Positions 28,839 through 43,305 of a DNA stretch of 64,000 nt are shown one piece after another; position 1 is the first letter of the stretch, and the number at the start of each line of letters is the position of its first letter. The notes below the pieces were generated by a model. That model was given only the letters and a program-made list of their open reading frames with translations. It did no database searches and had not been told where the DNA came from. The stretch comes from Octopus sinensis (taxonomy: Eukaryota). The DNA lies in the NCBI RefSeq assembly GCF_006345805.1, contig NC_042997.1, positions 84,754,001 through 84,818,000 on the forward strand, read 5' to 3'. The position numbers and the translations under genes are program-made.

Positions 28839-28886
28839 GTTTCTGATGAAGGGATATATAAAATATCCCGGAAACAGCTGTAAGAC
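28839..28886 (+). ncRNA. Minimal type-I hammerhead ribozyme-like motif
   Basis: GTTT-CTGATGA-A-GGGATAT(ataaa)ATATCCC-G-GAAAC-AGCT-GTA-AGAC: intact core, 7-bp stem II, palindromic stem III and a 4-bp stem I. Confidence 0.65.
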
Positions 28887-29769
28887 TTCTTTATAAATGT
28901 TCTGAAATCTTTCATAGCCTTGGATTTTTTTAATCTCATTCTGTTAATTCTATATATATATATTATTTATGTCCAATTGCCCATGGATCGTAGAGACACC
29001 ACAACGGACTTTACGTATATTTCTTCTTCTTCTTCTTCTTCTTCTTCTTCTTCTTCTTCTTCTTCTTCTTCTTCTTCTTCTTCTTCTTCTCTTCTTCTTC
29101 TTCTTCTCTTCTTTTCTTCTTTCTCTTCTTCTTCTTCTTCTTCTTCTTCTTCTTCTCCCACTTCCTCCTCTTTCTTCTCCTCGTCCTTTTGGTACTACTT
29201 ACTTTGGTGGTCTCGTTTCAAAAAGAGGGATTAAAATTTCACAATAGACTAATTTGTGTGTTTGTATACGAGAGACTATAAAATTCTATGAATATAACTC
29301 TTTGTACAACAGTGCATGAATGTACGTATACATACATAAATACATGCATAGATACATACATACATACACATGTGTGTATATATATATATGTATAATATAT
29401 ATATTATATATTATATTATATATATATAATATATACATATATATATGTGAGTGTGTGTTTATGTACGTACGAATGAATGAATGAATGTGTGTGCTTATGT
29501 AAGCGTACTATTCAACTTATATAGTTAAATACGCACACTCACACACACACACAATCACATATATTTGAATATATATTAGGAGAATTGGTATTTACGTTGT
29601 GAATACAAAGGTAGACTGTTATTCTTAACCACCCGTTCGACAAGCAATGAATACAATGGCTTCTTATCATATCAGATAATTACAAACTTCTACCATAGCA
29701 GAATTTTGGGCCAAAGTTTCTATGTAGAACTTAGTAAACAGACACTGCAGAAGCCCATCTTACACACGA

Positions 29770-29835
<66 letters not shown>

Positions 29836-30560
29836 GCACGCACACACACACGCACAAACAGGCGACGACTCGGCGGAGTTCGTTAGTATGGGGAATAGAA
29901 TACTTTCTGCTATACGTACAGAGTTCGATTTCCACTTAGGGGACAAATTTTGTTTTCCCATATATTTGGAGTCGATAGATGAGTAAACTGTCGCTGAGAT
30001 CGATTCGTCTACTTGTTCATCTTTTATCTGTCCCTATTCTCTATCTCTCTCTGTCACGACGGTACTCCTACGATTCCATTAGGACTGGAGAATATGAGGA
30101 AAGAATACAAGCACATACATCTAAATATATACTTGAGGGTATCTTTTGCTGTAATATATCAGCGAGAAAATCGAAAGGAATATTCCGTTATCAACAAACG
30201 AGTTCCCCTCAAAGTATTTGTTCCGTAGCGATTTACAGAAACCCTGTATATTGTTGTGCTCTTGCTATTGTATATTCTTGTTGAAAAAAGTTCTTTTTAT
30301 ACTTTACGGTAGGCAACCAGGGTTGCCGGGTATGCCAATAAGAATACAAAAGTGAAGGAATGGAGTAGATATATCTGGGCTACATATGTTTCATAGCGAG
30401 CGGAACCTTGAAAGTGGTAAATATCCAAGCGAGGTGTATACTGCAGGGTACTCTTCAGGCCAAGGATATCTTGATTAAATGAAAGTTTACATTGTCGCAA
30501 GGAAGTACATGTTAGCACATGGGAAATTCAATCTCTCTCTCTCTCTTTTCTCTTCTCTCT

Positions 30561-30661
<101 letters not shown>

Positions 30662-31448
30662 GCAGATTTTTTATGTGAAGTCGTGTGTTTAAACAGATAT
30701 TGTTATATTTCGGAATGGTCATTTTGCCAGTTTAGCCAATAAAAACACACGCAGTATATATTTGGTGTTATTTTGCTTCAGTGTTATCTATTTTTTACAT
30801 TAATCTTAATCTTACTTCGGCCAGAGTTCTTTCGTCACACTCCTGTGACCGCATCAGGGGTCCTTTGTTTTCTTCTTTCTGATTTGTGTCTCTCCTTACT
30901 AACCGTCAGCCATTTTGTATTTCTATTGTATGTCTTCATTTGCGCATGCATATATCTGTATGTGCGTCTATGTTTATTTAGTGTGTGTGTGGGGGATGCC
31001 TGTAATATTTGTATCTTCTGTTTATATACGTTCATGTAATTTGTTCTTGTTGTTGTTGTTTATTCTTATTTTGTTCATGTGTTTACATCCACTTATTATT
31101 ATCATTACATATGCTTGTATGTATGTATGTATTTATGTATGTATAACAACAATTCTAGTGATAATATATATATATATATATATATAGAAAGGGACACAGA
31201 AAAACAAGGAGAGAAACAAGGAAACCTTTTTTTTCAGACACACTGTAATCCAGGAATACTTTAAATATTGTACCCTTCATAGATATTTTTCTTCGGTCCA
31301 AGAACAGCCGTAAAATCTTTTCTTTTTTTCTATTGAGGTATTTCTTAAACAACACATTTAAATATTTTTTCTCAGATAGTCTGCCATTTCTAGCAGGTTC
31401 ACTTCGTAAAAAATCACTTGTTTTTGTTGTATATTTAACGCCAGGTAT

Positions 31449-31665
31449 GAGGCGGCAAGCTGGCAGACTCGTTAGCACCGTGGGCAAAGTGCTTGGCAGC
31501 ATTTCGTCCATCTTTACGTTCTGTGTTCAAATTCCGCCAAGGTTGACTTTGTCACGTATCCTTTGAGATTCAATAAAAGAAGTACCGGTTGGTTCACTAG
31601 GATCAATGTAACCGTATTCTCTCCTCTCACAAAGTTGCTGTCCTTGCGCCAAAATTTGAAATCAA
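31449..31665 (+). mobile_element. Family-1 SINE
   Basis: GGCGGCAAGCTGGCAGACTCGTTAGCAC...GTTCAAATTCCGCC...CCAAAATTTGAAATC. Confidence 0.85.
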
Positions 31666-32167
31666 CTCTGAGAATAGAGTCCAGTCGTGACTATCCCTTT
31701 ATATCTACTTATTTATTATTATTATCATCATCATTATTATTATTATTATTATTATGATTTCCGAAATATCTAGCATTTCCGAAAATTCATCACCTTGACC
31801 TTTGAGTGGAACTTCTTATCGACCTCAAACGGAGAAAAGGCAAGGAAGAAAACGACGGAAATTGAACTCAGAGTGCAAAGTCGAAAGAATTAGGGTTTAG
31901 CATTCTGTCAACCGCTCCAGTGACGCTGAAAATTCTCCGCCTGAGTAAAAGGAGGGAAATTTGGCTGCTATTTCTAACAGGCTTTCAGTTAGATTATATT
32001 GAATAGATGACGGTGAGAGAAATTATAAATAAGAAATTTAACTACTTGTTCGTATAAAGTTGTTGAGTTTTCAATTTTAAAAGGTGTCATGAAGAAATGG
32101 ATATAGAGGGGAAAGGGAGAGGAGACGAGGTGAAAGAAAAATCAACTACACGTATCCTTGATAAGGA

Positions 32168-32236
<69 letters not shown>

Positions 32237-32676
32237 AAGGACAAGAAAGAAAAGAAATCAGTTCTTGTTACCTATACTGGGAAAGGAAAGTTCGTGGATG
32301 CTGGGGAAGAAAAGTAACAGGCGGAAGAATAAGTGTGTTGGGTGGGGAAGACGAGAGCGAGCTCGCGTCTGTGTAAAAGAGTCAATTCGTCATTCCGAAA
32401 CATAGGAAACTGGACTAAAATATTGACAAAAAGAAAGAATGAGTGAATGAAAGAATGAGTGAGAGTGAAAGAGAGTGAATGAAGGGAGGAGAAGCAAAGG
32501 GAATGGGAGTATTCGCTGTGGTGAATTTGAAGAACGATGTGGAGTTCAGTGTGAGAGAGATTGCAGTAAAGATGTAAAGTCTTTATTTATTTGCGAAAGA
32601 GATTTTGTTAGAGAAAGGGAAAGAGAAAAAAAGGACAAGAGGAAAAGAATATCAACAGGAAAGAGAGAGGGAAGGG

Positions 32677-32713
<37 letters not shown>

Positions 32714-33299
32714 CGAAAATACAGATGGCGTTGAGTGCTAGTTGCGTCAAGAAGAGAAAAAGAAAAAGAAAGAAAGGGAGGGGGAACAGAAGGAGAGGCA
32801 GATAGAGGTTTTGAGTGAAAGAAGTTACAGAAAAGAAGCAATAAAACCTTTCCTGGGCGGCTATTAATCTGCCATAACATTGAAGTAATTTTGCTGGCGC
32901 TGATAAAACACTCACACTCTCACACTCACAGACACACACACAGATACATATATATATATGCATATACAAAGGCCTGCATATACACAATGACATATATTTT
33001 AGTTCAGACGTACAGCTCAAGGTTTTATAACTTGCCAGCAAGATCATCAATCTGTCACTTCTTACTCTTCACTTAGACCTCCCGCTGCTTACTCCTGTTT
33101 TGTTTAAAAGGTGCGGAGTGGGTGGCTGGAAACTTTTGATATAAAAGCTTGTGTTTTTTTATTCTTTTCCTTTTGTTGTTGTTCTTGTTGTTCTCTTAGT
33201 CTTTATAATTTGGAAGAGCTTCTACACCAGTTATAAGCAAACTGTGGTCCACGACTCTTTCTTCTGAATAGCACGCCTAATTTCACGAGGAAAATAACG

Positions 33300-33387
33300 T
33301 ATGCATAATTATTTTAGTTGTGCGGCCCGCCTGATGATGAGTCATGTCTTATGCGGCCCGCTTCTCGAAGAAACTTACCCGTGCCTG
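33300..33387. mobile_element. One terminus of a hAT-like DNA transposon
   Basis: Two subterminal TGCGGCCCGC repeats, then AAACTTACCCGTGCCTG (CAGGCACGGGTAAGTTT on the reverse strand), followed by CTCTA. This resembles Charlie/hAT ends. No partner end was found. Confidence 0.45.
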
Positions 33388-33554
33388 CTCTACACAATTA
33401 TAAGACCTGTTAGAAAGAACAGCCGGATTCCCCCCCTTGTTTCACACTCACTGCTGTACTCCTCAATCTTTACTACATCGTGGCACTGGTAAGCTTTGGA
33501 GACATGTTATAAAGCTAAAGCGAAAGAAAGAAAAAAAAACCCAATAGATAGATC

Positions 33555-33877
33555 TATTTTGTCTTCCATTTGTTTGTCATTGGACTACGGTCATGCTTGG
33601 GTATCATCTCGAAATGTTTTAGTTGAATAAATCGATCACAATGCTTATGTCTTTTGATTTAAAAAAATCTGGTACTTATTTTATCGTTTCTTTACCTAAC
33701 CGCTCAGTTACGAAAACATAAACAAACCAGTATCCGTTGTCAAGCAGATTTGGGCGAGTAACAAACACACACACATGTTCACACACACACACAGACACAT
33801 GCTCACACACACATACACACACACTCACACACATACACACACACTCACACACACACACACATGCTCACATACACACA

Positions 33878-33934
<57 letters not shown>

Positions 33935-34210
33935 GCATGTGGATTTGGTAGACAGAAACTGAAAGACGCCGGTCGTATACATGTATATACATATATATAT
34001 ATATATTTATACATATGCGTGTGTGTGTCTGTGTTTGTCCCCACCACTATCGCTTGACAATCGATATTGGTCTATTTACATCCCCATAACTTAGCGGTTT
34101 GGCAAAAGAGACTAGGCTCACAAAGAATAAGTCCCTCGGTCGATTTGTTCGACTAAAAAGCCGGTGCTCCAGCATGACCGCAGCCAAATGACTGAAACAT
34201 ATAAAAGAAT
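33555..34210. mobile_element. Two family-2 SINE 3' halves in opposite orientation (- 33555-33775, + 33938-34210)
   Basis: Tail motifs on both strands, around an AC/AT microsatellite. Confidence 0.75.
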
Positions 34211-34382
34211 ACGCGCTGAGATGCACGCTTTTTAGAGGTAACAATGTCCCCACGTCCCTAACTCTTCAGTGTCTACTGTTGACTGCTATTTGAGACCTGT
34301 AGAAGAATGAAAGTAATACCACAATTAAAAAAAAAAAAGTAGCAGAATCGTTAACACGCCAAGTAAAATATTGATTTTAAAT

Positions 34383-34670
34383 TTTGACACAAGACCAACA
34401 ACTTCGGATAAGGGATAAATCGATTATATCAACTCCAGCATACAACTGGTACTTATTTTATCGACCCCGAAAGGATGAAAGGCAAAGTCGACCTCGGCGG
34501 AATTTGAACGCAGAACGTAAAAATGAACGAAATGCTGCTAAACATTGTACCCAGTGTGCTAACGATTCTGCCAGCTTGCCACTATTTCGTTCGTATTTAC
34601 GTTCTGAGTTCAAATTCCACCGAAGTCGACTTTGTTTTTCATCTCTTTGGTGTCGATAAAATAAGTATCA
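34383..34670. mobile_element. Head-to-head family-1 SINEs (- 34383-34580, + about 34585-34670)
   Basis: Opposite-strand copies of the body motif separated by only a few bp. Confidence 0.85.
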
Positions 34671-34909
34671 TTTTTTCCTTCCAATGTGTCTAGAACTACA
34701 TTATCCAATGTATCCTACCTCATTTTTCAGGTTAGCAGGATGTGATTTAAGGGATGCTTGGCTGCTATTTCTAGCAGGTGGTATAACCACGTAGAGATGC
34801 CCTTGATATATCGACATGACCCTTAGAAGTCCATATAAGATTTTGTTACTAGAATTTGTGTGTAATAAATTGCACATTTTTTAAAATGCAATTGCTGATA
34901 ATGGTTTCA

Positions 34910-35300
34910 AACTTTGACACAAGGCCAGCAACTTCGGGAAAGGGTTAAGTCGATTACATCGATCCTAGTGTTTACTGGTGCTTGTTTGATCGAACGTGTA
35001 AAGATGAACGGCAAAGTCGAACTCGGGGGAATTTAAACACAACATGAAGACGGATGAAACGTCTCAAACCATTTTGCCCGGCATGTTAACGATCCTTATT
35101 TCTTTATTGTCCACAAGGGCTCAACACAGAGAGGACAAACAAGGACAGACAAACGGATTAAGTTGATTATATCGACCCCAGTGAGTAACTGGTTCTTATT
35201 TAATCGACCCGAAAGGATGAAAGGCAAGGTCGACCTCGGCGGAATTTGAACTCAGAACGTAACGGCTGACGAAATGCCGCTAAGCATTTCGCCTGGCATG
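34910..35300 (-). mobile_element. Nested family-1 SINEs (old host 34910-35095, younger insert 35096-35300)
   Basis: The tail TATTTCTTTATTGTCCACAAGGG interrupts the host head at AACGATCC. Confidence 0.85.
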
Positions 35301-36222
35301 ATATTTAATTATAAAAATATAAAAGGGGTTTTTAAATGATCGAATGGTTATGGAGGTCCAGGAGAGTGAAATTGGAATCAAAGGGGGCCCACAAGCAAAA
35401 AAGAAAATAAACGGTTAAGAATCTCTGTTTTAGTCGAACAAATCGACCCCAGACAAAATATACATACAAACACACACATACACACACACACACACACATA
35501 CACACATACAAACATGCAGACACACGACCACACACACACACTCAGGCACGCACGCACACACACACACGCACGCACACATAAACATGTGTTTATATGACAT
35601 TGGTTGACCAGGAGCTATAGTAGAAGACACCTAAAATGCCATGCTGTGGAACCGAACTCGAAACCACGACTTTGCAAAGCGCCTATGTAAAATATTCGCC
35701 AACTCATCGGGCTTGTGTAGTCAAATGTTCTATCTAGGTTTAATACACCTACACCCATGTGCATACTTCTTGGTTGCAAAGAGCAGCTTTTTCTTTCTCC
35801 GAATCAAATGGTGTTGTTATTGTTGTTGTTGTTGGTGGTGGTGGTGGTGGTCAGCGTCGTCGTCGTCATGGCTTTCCTGGTGGTAATTATTTAACGTATT
35901 ATTTAACTTTCAGAGATTAATTCTTAATTTCTTCAAATTATCTCCCTTTCTGAGAGTCACTAACAATTTTCGCCAGGTTTTATTCTCGTGCGATAAAACA
36001 CATATTAGTTAACTAAAATATATTCGTACGTATTGTATATGCTATTCAATCCTTCACCCGTAAACTTTCTGTAACAGATGTTAGTTACTTTTACTCTTAA
36101 CGTTGCGTTTACTGTTCTTGTTGCTAGTATTGCTACTAATATTTATTGATGCAAAATCTGCTATACACAAAATTACTTTTGATATTCCTATTACTATTGC
36201 TACTAACTTCGTCGTCGTCGTC

Positions 36223-36253
<31 letters not shown>

Positions 36254-36385
36254 CAGTAGTAGGAGTTGGTGTTGTTAATTTTCATGGAACACAAAAATAT
36301 GAAATGAATGAAATGAGATCTGACAAATTGATATAGTTTAACGTCAGTATCTGTGCGTTTAATTTAATACTCTGTACTGTAGAGC

Positions 36386-36423
<38 letters not shown>

Positions 36424-36486
36424 TCACATATATATATGTGTGTGTGTGTGTACATATGTATGTGCATGTTTGTAAATATATATATA

Positions 36487-36561
<75 letters not shown>

Positions 36562-37689
36562 GTATGCATGTATATGATTAATGTGTGCTACTAAAGTGAC
36601 TATAGTGCATTGAAGTAGTTTAAATTATGTTTATGCTTCTGACGGTCATAGCTTTTATATTGCATTCCATTTGCATCTTGTTCCAATATTCCTATAATTC
36701 CATATTTACAATTGTTTGAATTTTGGTGGAATCGTGTTGGATTGTTTGTCAATTTGCCAATTAATAAACAAATGTAATACTAATTAATTACTCACGTCTT
36801 TATTATGTTGGTTAGTTATTATTACTATATTACCCATGTGGCTTGTTCAGTGATCTCTTCTGCATACGAACAAAGAAAATCCACATCAACATTAGTTGTT
36901 TTTATTGCTGTAGTTATTGTAATCGTTGTTGCCATAAGATGATTAGTTTTGTTTTATTTTGCTTCTTTTCTTTTCTTTTTTGTTTATTGTTGTTGATGAT
37001 AGTGATGATTATTTTTTCTTTGGTTGTGGTTTATTAATGGCGTCGAGTTCGCTGAGTTGTTAGAGCGTCGGCAACACTGCCTGGCAGAATTTGGCGCATT
37101 TCTCTGCACACTTAGTTCACATCCCACCTATGTCGTTTTACGCATTTCTTTCTTTCGGGGTCGATAAAAATATTCCAGCAAGGTCTGCAGAATGGTGGAA
37201 CTGGAAAACTTTGCATTCTAGATTCAAATCCCTACACAACTTAGTTGTTGTTGTTGTTGTTGAAGGTGGGAGTGGTGGTGATCGTCGTCGTCGTCGTCGT
37301 CATCGTCATGGTTTTATTGGTGGTGATTATTTAACGCATTTCTACGCTATTCAAGTAGATTCATGTTCGAAGGCATCCAGCTAGGCCACATTTCCCAATG
37401 CCATTTCCCTCTTTAAATCGTATGTGTTCGAATTGACGGCGATTTTGTGATTATTTTTAGTAGATCCAGCAACCAAATAGATTGTTATTTTGGCTCAGTG
37501 AAGTTGTTATTGCTTTTGTTGTTGCTGTTGTTGATCTTGTCGTTGTCATCGTTCTTCAGAACACTGTCCCAATATTTGTAGCCCTTAAAAGCTGATTTAA
37601 TACTACTATTGTAAGTCTGCTTGTAAGTAAATGTACTAATGGTATTGTTATTGTTGCATGGTTTAAAACATATCAAAACTGGAACCATA

Positions 37690-38170
37690 ATTTTCTGACT
37701 TCATGCAGGCAGGCTTTATAAACCCGTCACTGACTTTATATTTTGGAGTTTCGTCTTTATAAGAACTTGGGCCAAGCAACGAGGATAACCGGGCCGATAA
37801 GGTGTTCGATAAGTCGGTCAGTGTTATTTTTATCAGTACCCAAAACATTCAGTATTTAATTAACAGAATCTGCCTAATGATTAATAATTAGGTGCCAAAA
37901 TGTGAGCACATCTCTGTACGCAGTGGCCGCACAATTAAATTAACGTATGCTTCTTTCACTTACAGTGTTTATGGATGCTCAACTATTCCTGTAGGTGTAA
38001 CTTGGAGAAGAACACCACTGAAAGTTCAACTGCTTCACATGTGTAGCATAAAGATATCGTCAGTTTTCTTCTGGTTCTCCAATAGATTATCAGCCTTGCT
38101 ATCATCTGCATGTCAACATAATGCTCATTAGCTATAAAGTGTCCCCAAATCACACATCTACACTGGTTAA
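37690..38170 (-). pseudogene. Degraded CR1/L2-like LINE reverse transcriptase fragment
   Basis: ATGCAGATGATAGCAAG gives (Y)ADDSK. Downstream EAYVNLIVRP...HFG resembles LY.SLVRP.LEY...VW.P. Confidence 0.45.
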
Positions 38171-40291
38171 TCACTTTACGTTGTAAAAAAAAAAGGACAG
38201 TGTTGGTATTTTACAGATTTGATCCTTATCTTTTTAATCTGTCACTTGACACTGATTAAATAATCTGACAGTGTTGCTGCTTTTCTTATTTCCTATGTTT
38301 TATTCTAGACACTGTTTTCATATTGTATTTCTTTAGCAATCCATATATCACATAAGATAGATGTTGAGCAGCATTATTAGTTGCCGAGTAAAATCTCTTA
38401 TCTCTATTTCTTATGATACTTCCTTTCTTAATTTTGTTCGTTTTGTTGGGGAATTTTTGCAGTTAAACTCGTTGTGATGTGTTTTACTTGTTGCAAGCGC
38501 TGTCAGCGTTCTTGTGGGTACTCCCATTAATTCTGTTGGTTGCTGTTACTCTTAGTTCCTTTTTGCAACTGCTACTTCCGTTGTTGTAGACACACAACTG
38601 CTATTGTTGTTGTTGCCGAATATATGAACTTAAAACGTAGATTTTCTCCTTAAGTCGTTCCGTCGACTATTACAATGCCACCGATATGTTATGTCGAAGC
38701 ATACCTGGGATTACAGAACAAGAAAAACGTCACTTATTGACTACAATAAGCTACTATCTCTCAGGAACCAGAGCTAGCATTGCTAAAGTTTTAGTCTTCT
38801 TCCTACCATGTTCGAAACGATTTATTATCATTGGATTCCTGAAAGTGGAGTGTAGCGATCCGAATACATGTTGCGATTTGAAATGACAAAATTGTGTCTT
38901 GGTACGACCACGGATGAGTTTCTGGAGACGAGATATTATAGTTGGTATGTGTTGTATGAATTCATAACTTATAATAAACAGTGCCTTATAACTTATAACA
39001 AACAAGCATTCTCAAACCAGAAATCTGGTCTGCAAGCTTGCACTCCATTATAGAAATCCAAGCTGCCAGGTAAAGGCGACAAGTTAAGTCTCCCAACGGG
39101 AGACAGGTTACGTCTCCCATCCGAGTAGGCAATGACAGGATCTGACCTCATAATATAAAGAGTCAGAAGAAACACTGCAAGACATCTAACCTAGCATTCT
39201 TGCACTACTGTCAAGCCATCAGCTTGGATTAATACACTTTCTACCAACTCCAAAATGATGAAAGGCGAAGCTGGCCTCAGCGGGATTTGAACTAAGTGCG
39301 CAGAGTGTCGAAACAAATAACGCGAAGCATTCTTTTCGATTCTGCCAACTCTCAACTCCCATATTAAAGAATTTACTCGTAACACTAGCGCTATCATACA
39401 GGTTTTATACCAGGATGTATTGTGTGTAGTGAAGTTTTCACCAGTCATTTATGTAACGGTGTTCTGATTGATTCATGAACCTGATAGGATAGCTAATGAC
39501 CTTGTCGTTGGTATTTATAAGTTAATATAGAGGTACGTGGCTTTGTTGTTGTTGTGTTACACCTATGATCGTGAGATTGTTGATGTGATTCATAAACCGG
39601 GCGATGCGTTATGTGCTTGGGCAAAATACTTCATTTTACATAGAGGGGGTGGAGAATATATGCGCCACAAAATCTGGCAAATCGTCCTTATGAGCCTATG
39701 ACTGTTGGTAGTGATGTTAGTATTGGTGTCGCCACTGTTGTTGATGTTGGTGTCATTGTTGTTGATGATGAGGATGACGACGACGACGATGATGACAATG
39801 ATCCTGATGATCACGATCATGAATATAATCATCATTGTCCAGATTTCGAGCCCAGGTCAAACAGATCCATTTATTCAAATATCTATTTTTCTTGTTATAT
39901 CCAGGCCTATATTGTTCGGCACCACTCTCAATACTTTTAAGACGTTTTCGTGAAAATTCAACGACCTCTGAGGACTAATTCCATGAGATCAATCATCTGC
40001 ATTAGACACTCCTTGCTTTTTGTTATTGCATTCGGAATGTCAATGGAGCCAATCGCATTCTTTAGGGTTTTATGGTTGTTAAGGGTTTGTTGTTTGCTGC
40101 AATGGTTATTGAAGCAGTAAACATTGTTGCAATACTTCATTGAGAAATATAAACATATATACATACACATACATACATACATGTATATACATGTATGTAT
40201 GTATATATATATATGTATACACACACAAACACACACACACATAGCACATTTATTTATGTATGTCTGTATAAATATATATACATATACACAC

Positions 40292-40338
<47 letters not shown>

Positions 40339-40559
40339 CACACGCATACGCACATACACACACACGAACATATATATATATATAAAACAAATGATAAAAA
40401 AGAATCAATAAACAAAATGGAAATTTAGAAATGCGTTGTTTATTTATTTATTAACGTTTTTTAAAATTGTTTTCCTAATTATTTAAATTTTTAATATTAC
40501 TTACTTTTTTGAACAATATATTCCTAAGCATAAATAAACACCATAATTTTTATTGATGC

Positions 40560-40591
<32 letters not shown>

Positions 40592-40775
40592 TATATAATA
40601 TCTATATATATATATACAAATATATATATATATATATATGTTATATATATATATATATAATATATATATATATATATTATATATATATATACATATACAT
40701 ATATATATATATACATACACATACATACATACATACATACACATATATGTATATATATATATGTGTGTGTGTATA

Positions 40776-40831
<56 letters not shown>

Positions 40832-41249
40832 ATATAAGTTATAAAATTCATAGATAAGATAATATGAAAATAAATGGATAATACAGTATAAAACAAAATT
40901 ATATTATGGAACAAATCGAGCCAATTGGAAGCAAATAAAAGATACAGTGCCTAAATCAATAAAACGTTGTCGAACGGAAATAACCAAATTGAAAACAGAA
41001 AAATCAAAAATTAACTCAAGTACTGTTTGTTTAGTAGATTATTAAATTAACACATCAATAATATTATTAACAAATCAGTGAAATAGAGGAAAAATCATAT
41101 CGAAAAACAAATGTAGAAATATTAAAAACGCAAAACGAAAAAAAAATTAAACGAAACAAAAGAAAAATATTTCTTTATTTTATTATCTAATAATAATAAA
41201 AATAATAACACCTATAGTATTTGCAATAATAATAAAAATGAAGATAATA

Positions 41250-41325
<76 letters not shown>

Positions 41326-41342
41326 CAACAACAATAATAATA

Positions 41343-41389
<47 letters not shown>

Positions 41390-41810
41390 TATAATAATAA
41401 TAATGATAGTGAAGATGATAATAATAATAGTGAAGATGATAATAATAATACAGACACGTTTTTGTTAAGAATAGATTTGGAAAAATATCGATAATATAAT
41501 TTTGAATATTTTTCCGCGGGCTTATTTCGAATTTGTTTACAGATAATTAACATTGCGAAACACAAACAACATACTAGCATTTATAAATACTCAAAATAAA
41601 TATATAAATAAATAAATAAATAAAATGAAATAAAATGTACAGGCGTGGAATATTTTGTTTACGTTTATGTGTCAAATTTGAAGAGCGTTCTCAGTGCTTT
41701 TATTAAAGGTGGGTAGATTCTCATGTACGCATGGATTTTGTGCTAGGTGAGTTTGTAATTATAATCTTGATGCATTGACATTTTCTACCATTTACACACA
41801 CGCGCACACA

Positions 41811-41856
<46 letters not shown>

Positions 41857-41899
41857 TGTAGGCACGCGCTTACACTCACGTACGAACACAGTCAGATAT

Positions 41900-41972
<73 letters not shown>

Positions 41973-42689
41973 GATAGATAGATAGATAGATATGACAAAA
42001 CTCATAATATATACTAAGTTGATGAAGCCAATCATTGATTTGTGTAAGTATATGTGTGTGTACGTACGTGTGTGTGTGTGTATGTGTGTGTAAAGTATGT
42101 ATATAAAATTTAAACAAAAATTAGTAAAGAATGGCCACTGGCAAGTATTTGAACAATATAGTCAAACACCCAAATACGCGTTTAATTGGTACTTATATCA
42201 TCGATCCGGAAGGATGAAAGGCAAATCGACCTCGGCAGAATTTGAATAACTCAGTACATAACGACGGACGAAATGCTGCCAAGCGTTTTTAACAGCGTTG
42301 TGATGATTCAACCCAGCTCACAGCCCTTATATATATATATATATATGATAGATCGATAGCTACTAAACCTTTTCTATTTTCTCTCCCTGTTTATATCTGT
42401 GTTCCTGTCTATCGAAGAGCGTAGGCTCGAAACGTAAAAGACTTTCTCACTGCCCGAGCCTTAAACTAAAACACCTGTTTGCTGTTTACACACCCGTCTC
42501 GTTTTTCTGTTTGTTTGTATTTTTCGTTGTTCCCCAAAAAAGTTAGTTTTCTATGGTTTTGGTTTTTATGTTCTTGTTTCTCATCCCGTACCCATATATG
42601 AATGTATATATACATATATATGTGTGTATGTACATATATGTATGTATATATGCATATATTGATATATCATTTAAATTACTATATATATG

Positions 42690-42761
<72 letters not shown>

Positions 42762-42809
42762 TCATACATATATATATGTATGTAAATATGTATGTAAGTT
42801 TATATATAT

Positions 42810-43305
42810 ATACCGTGTGCAGTGAATAAATATATATTTACCAAAATTTCATAAAAGTATCTTGAACACCTAAGGAGTAAATTTATTCAATAAAATCGCC
42901 ATCGGCTTTCACCATGGCTCCAGATGACTTCGGAATCTCCTGTAACTCTTCTTGACGGTCTCCATCTTTAAGTTGGTATATGCTGCTATAACCCTTGCCT
43001 GCAGTTCATCTTAGATCTTGCAAGGAGTTTTGTCGATCACTGGCTCAAATGTGCCCCACACAAAATGATTAAGTGAGTTCCAGTCTGAGAAGTTAGATGG
43101 CCAGATGTTAGGTTCTCCTACTTGTGTGGCATGGTGCAGAGTCCTGTTGCCAGATATATGGTCTTCTAGCAGCCACCCTCTTGACCCAGGGCAGCACTAC
43201 CTCCTTCAAACACTTGATGTAGGTCACCGTGTTGAGTCTGAGGTCGTGTGGGAAGATGAATGGAGACAAAGCGTAGTCATCACTAGTAATGTTTGATTTT
43301 ATCAT
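42810..43305 (-). pseudogene. Tc1/mariner-superfamily transposase C-terminal remnant (resembles DD37D/maT type)
   Basis: FIFPHDLRLNTVTYIKCLKEVVLPWVKRVAARRPYIWQQDSAPCHTS, then IWPSNFSDWNSLNHFVWG...TPCK..DELQARVIAAYTNL...RRFRSHLE...DGDFIE. Contains stops, a frameshift and a short internal deletion. Confidence 0.85.
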
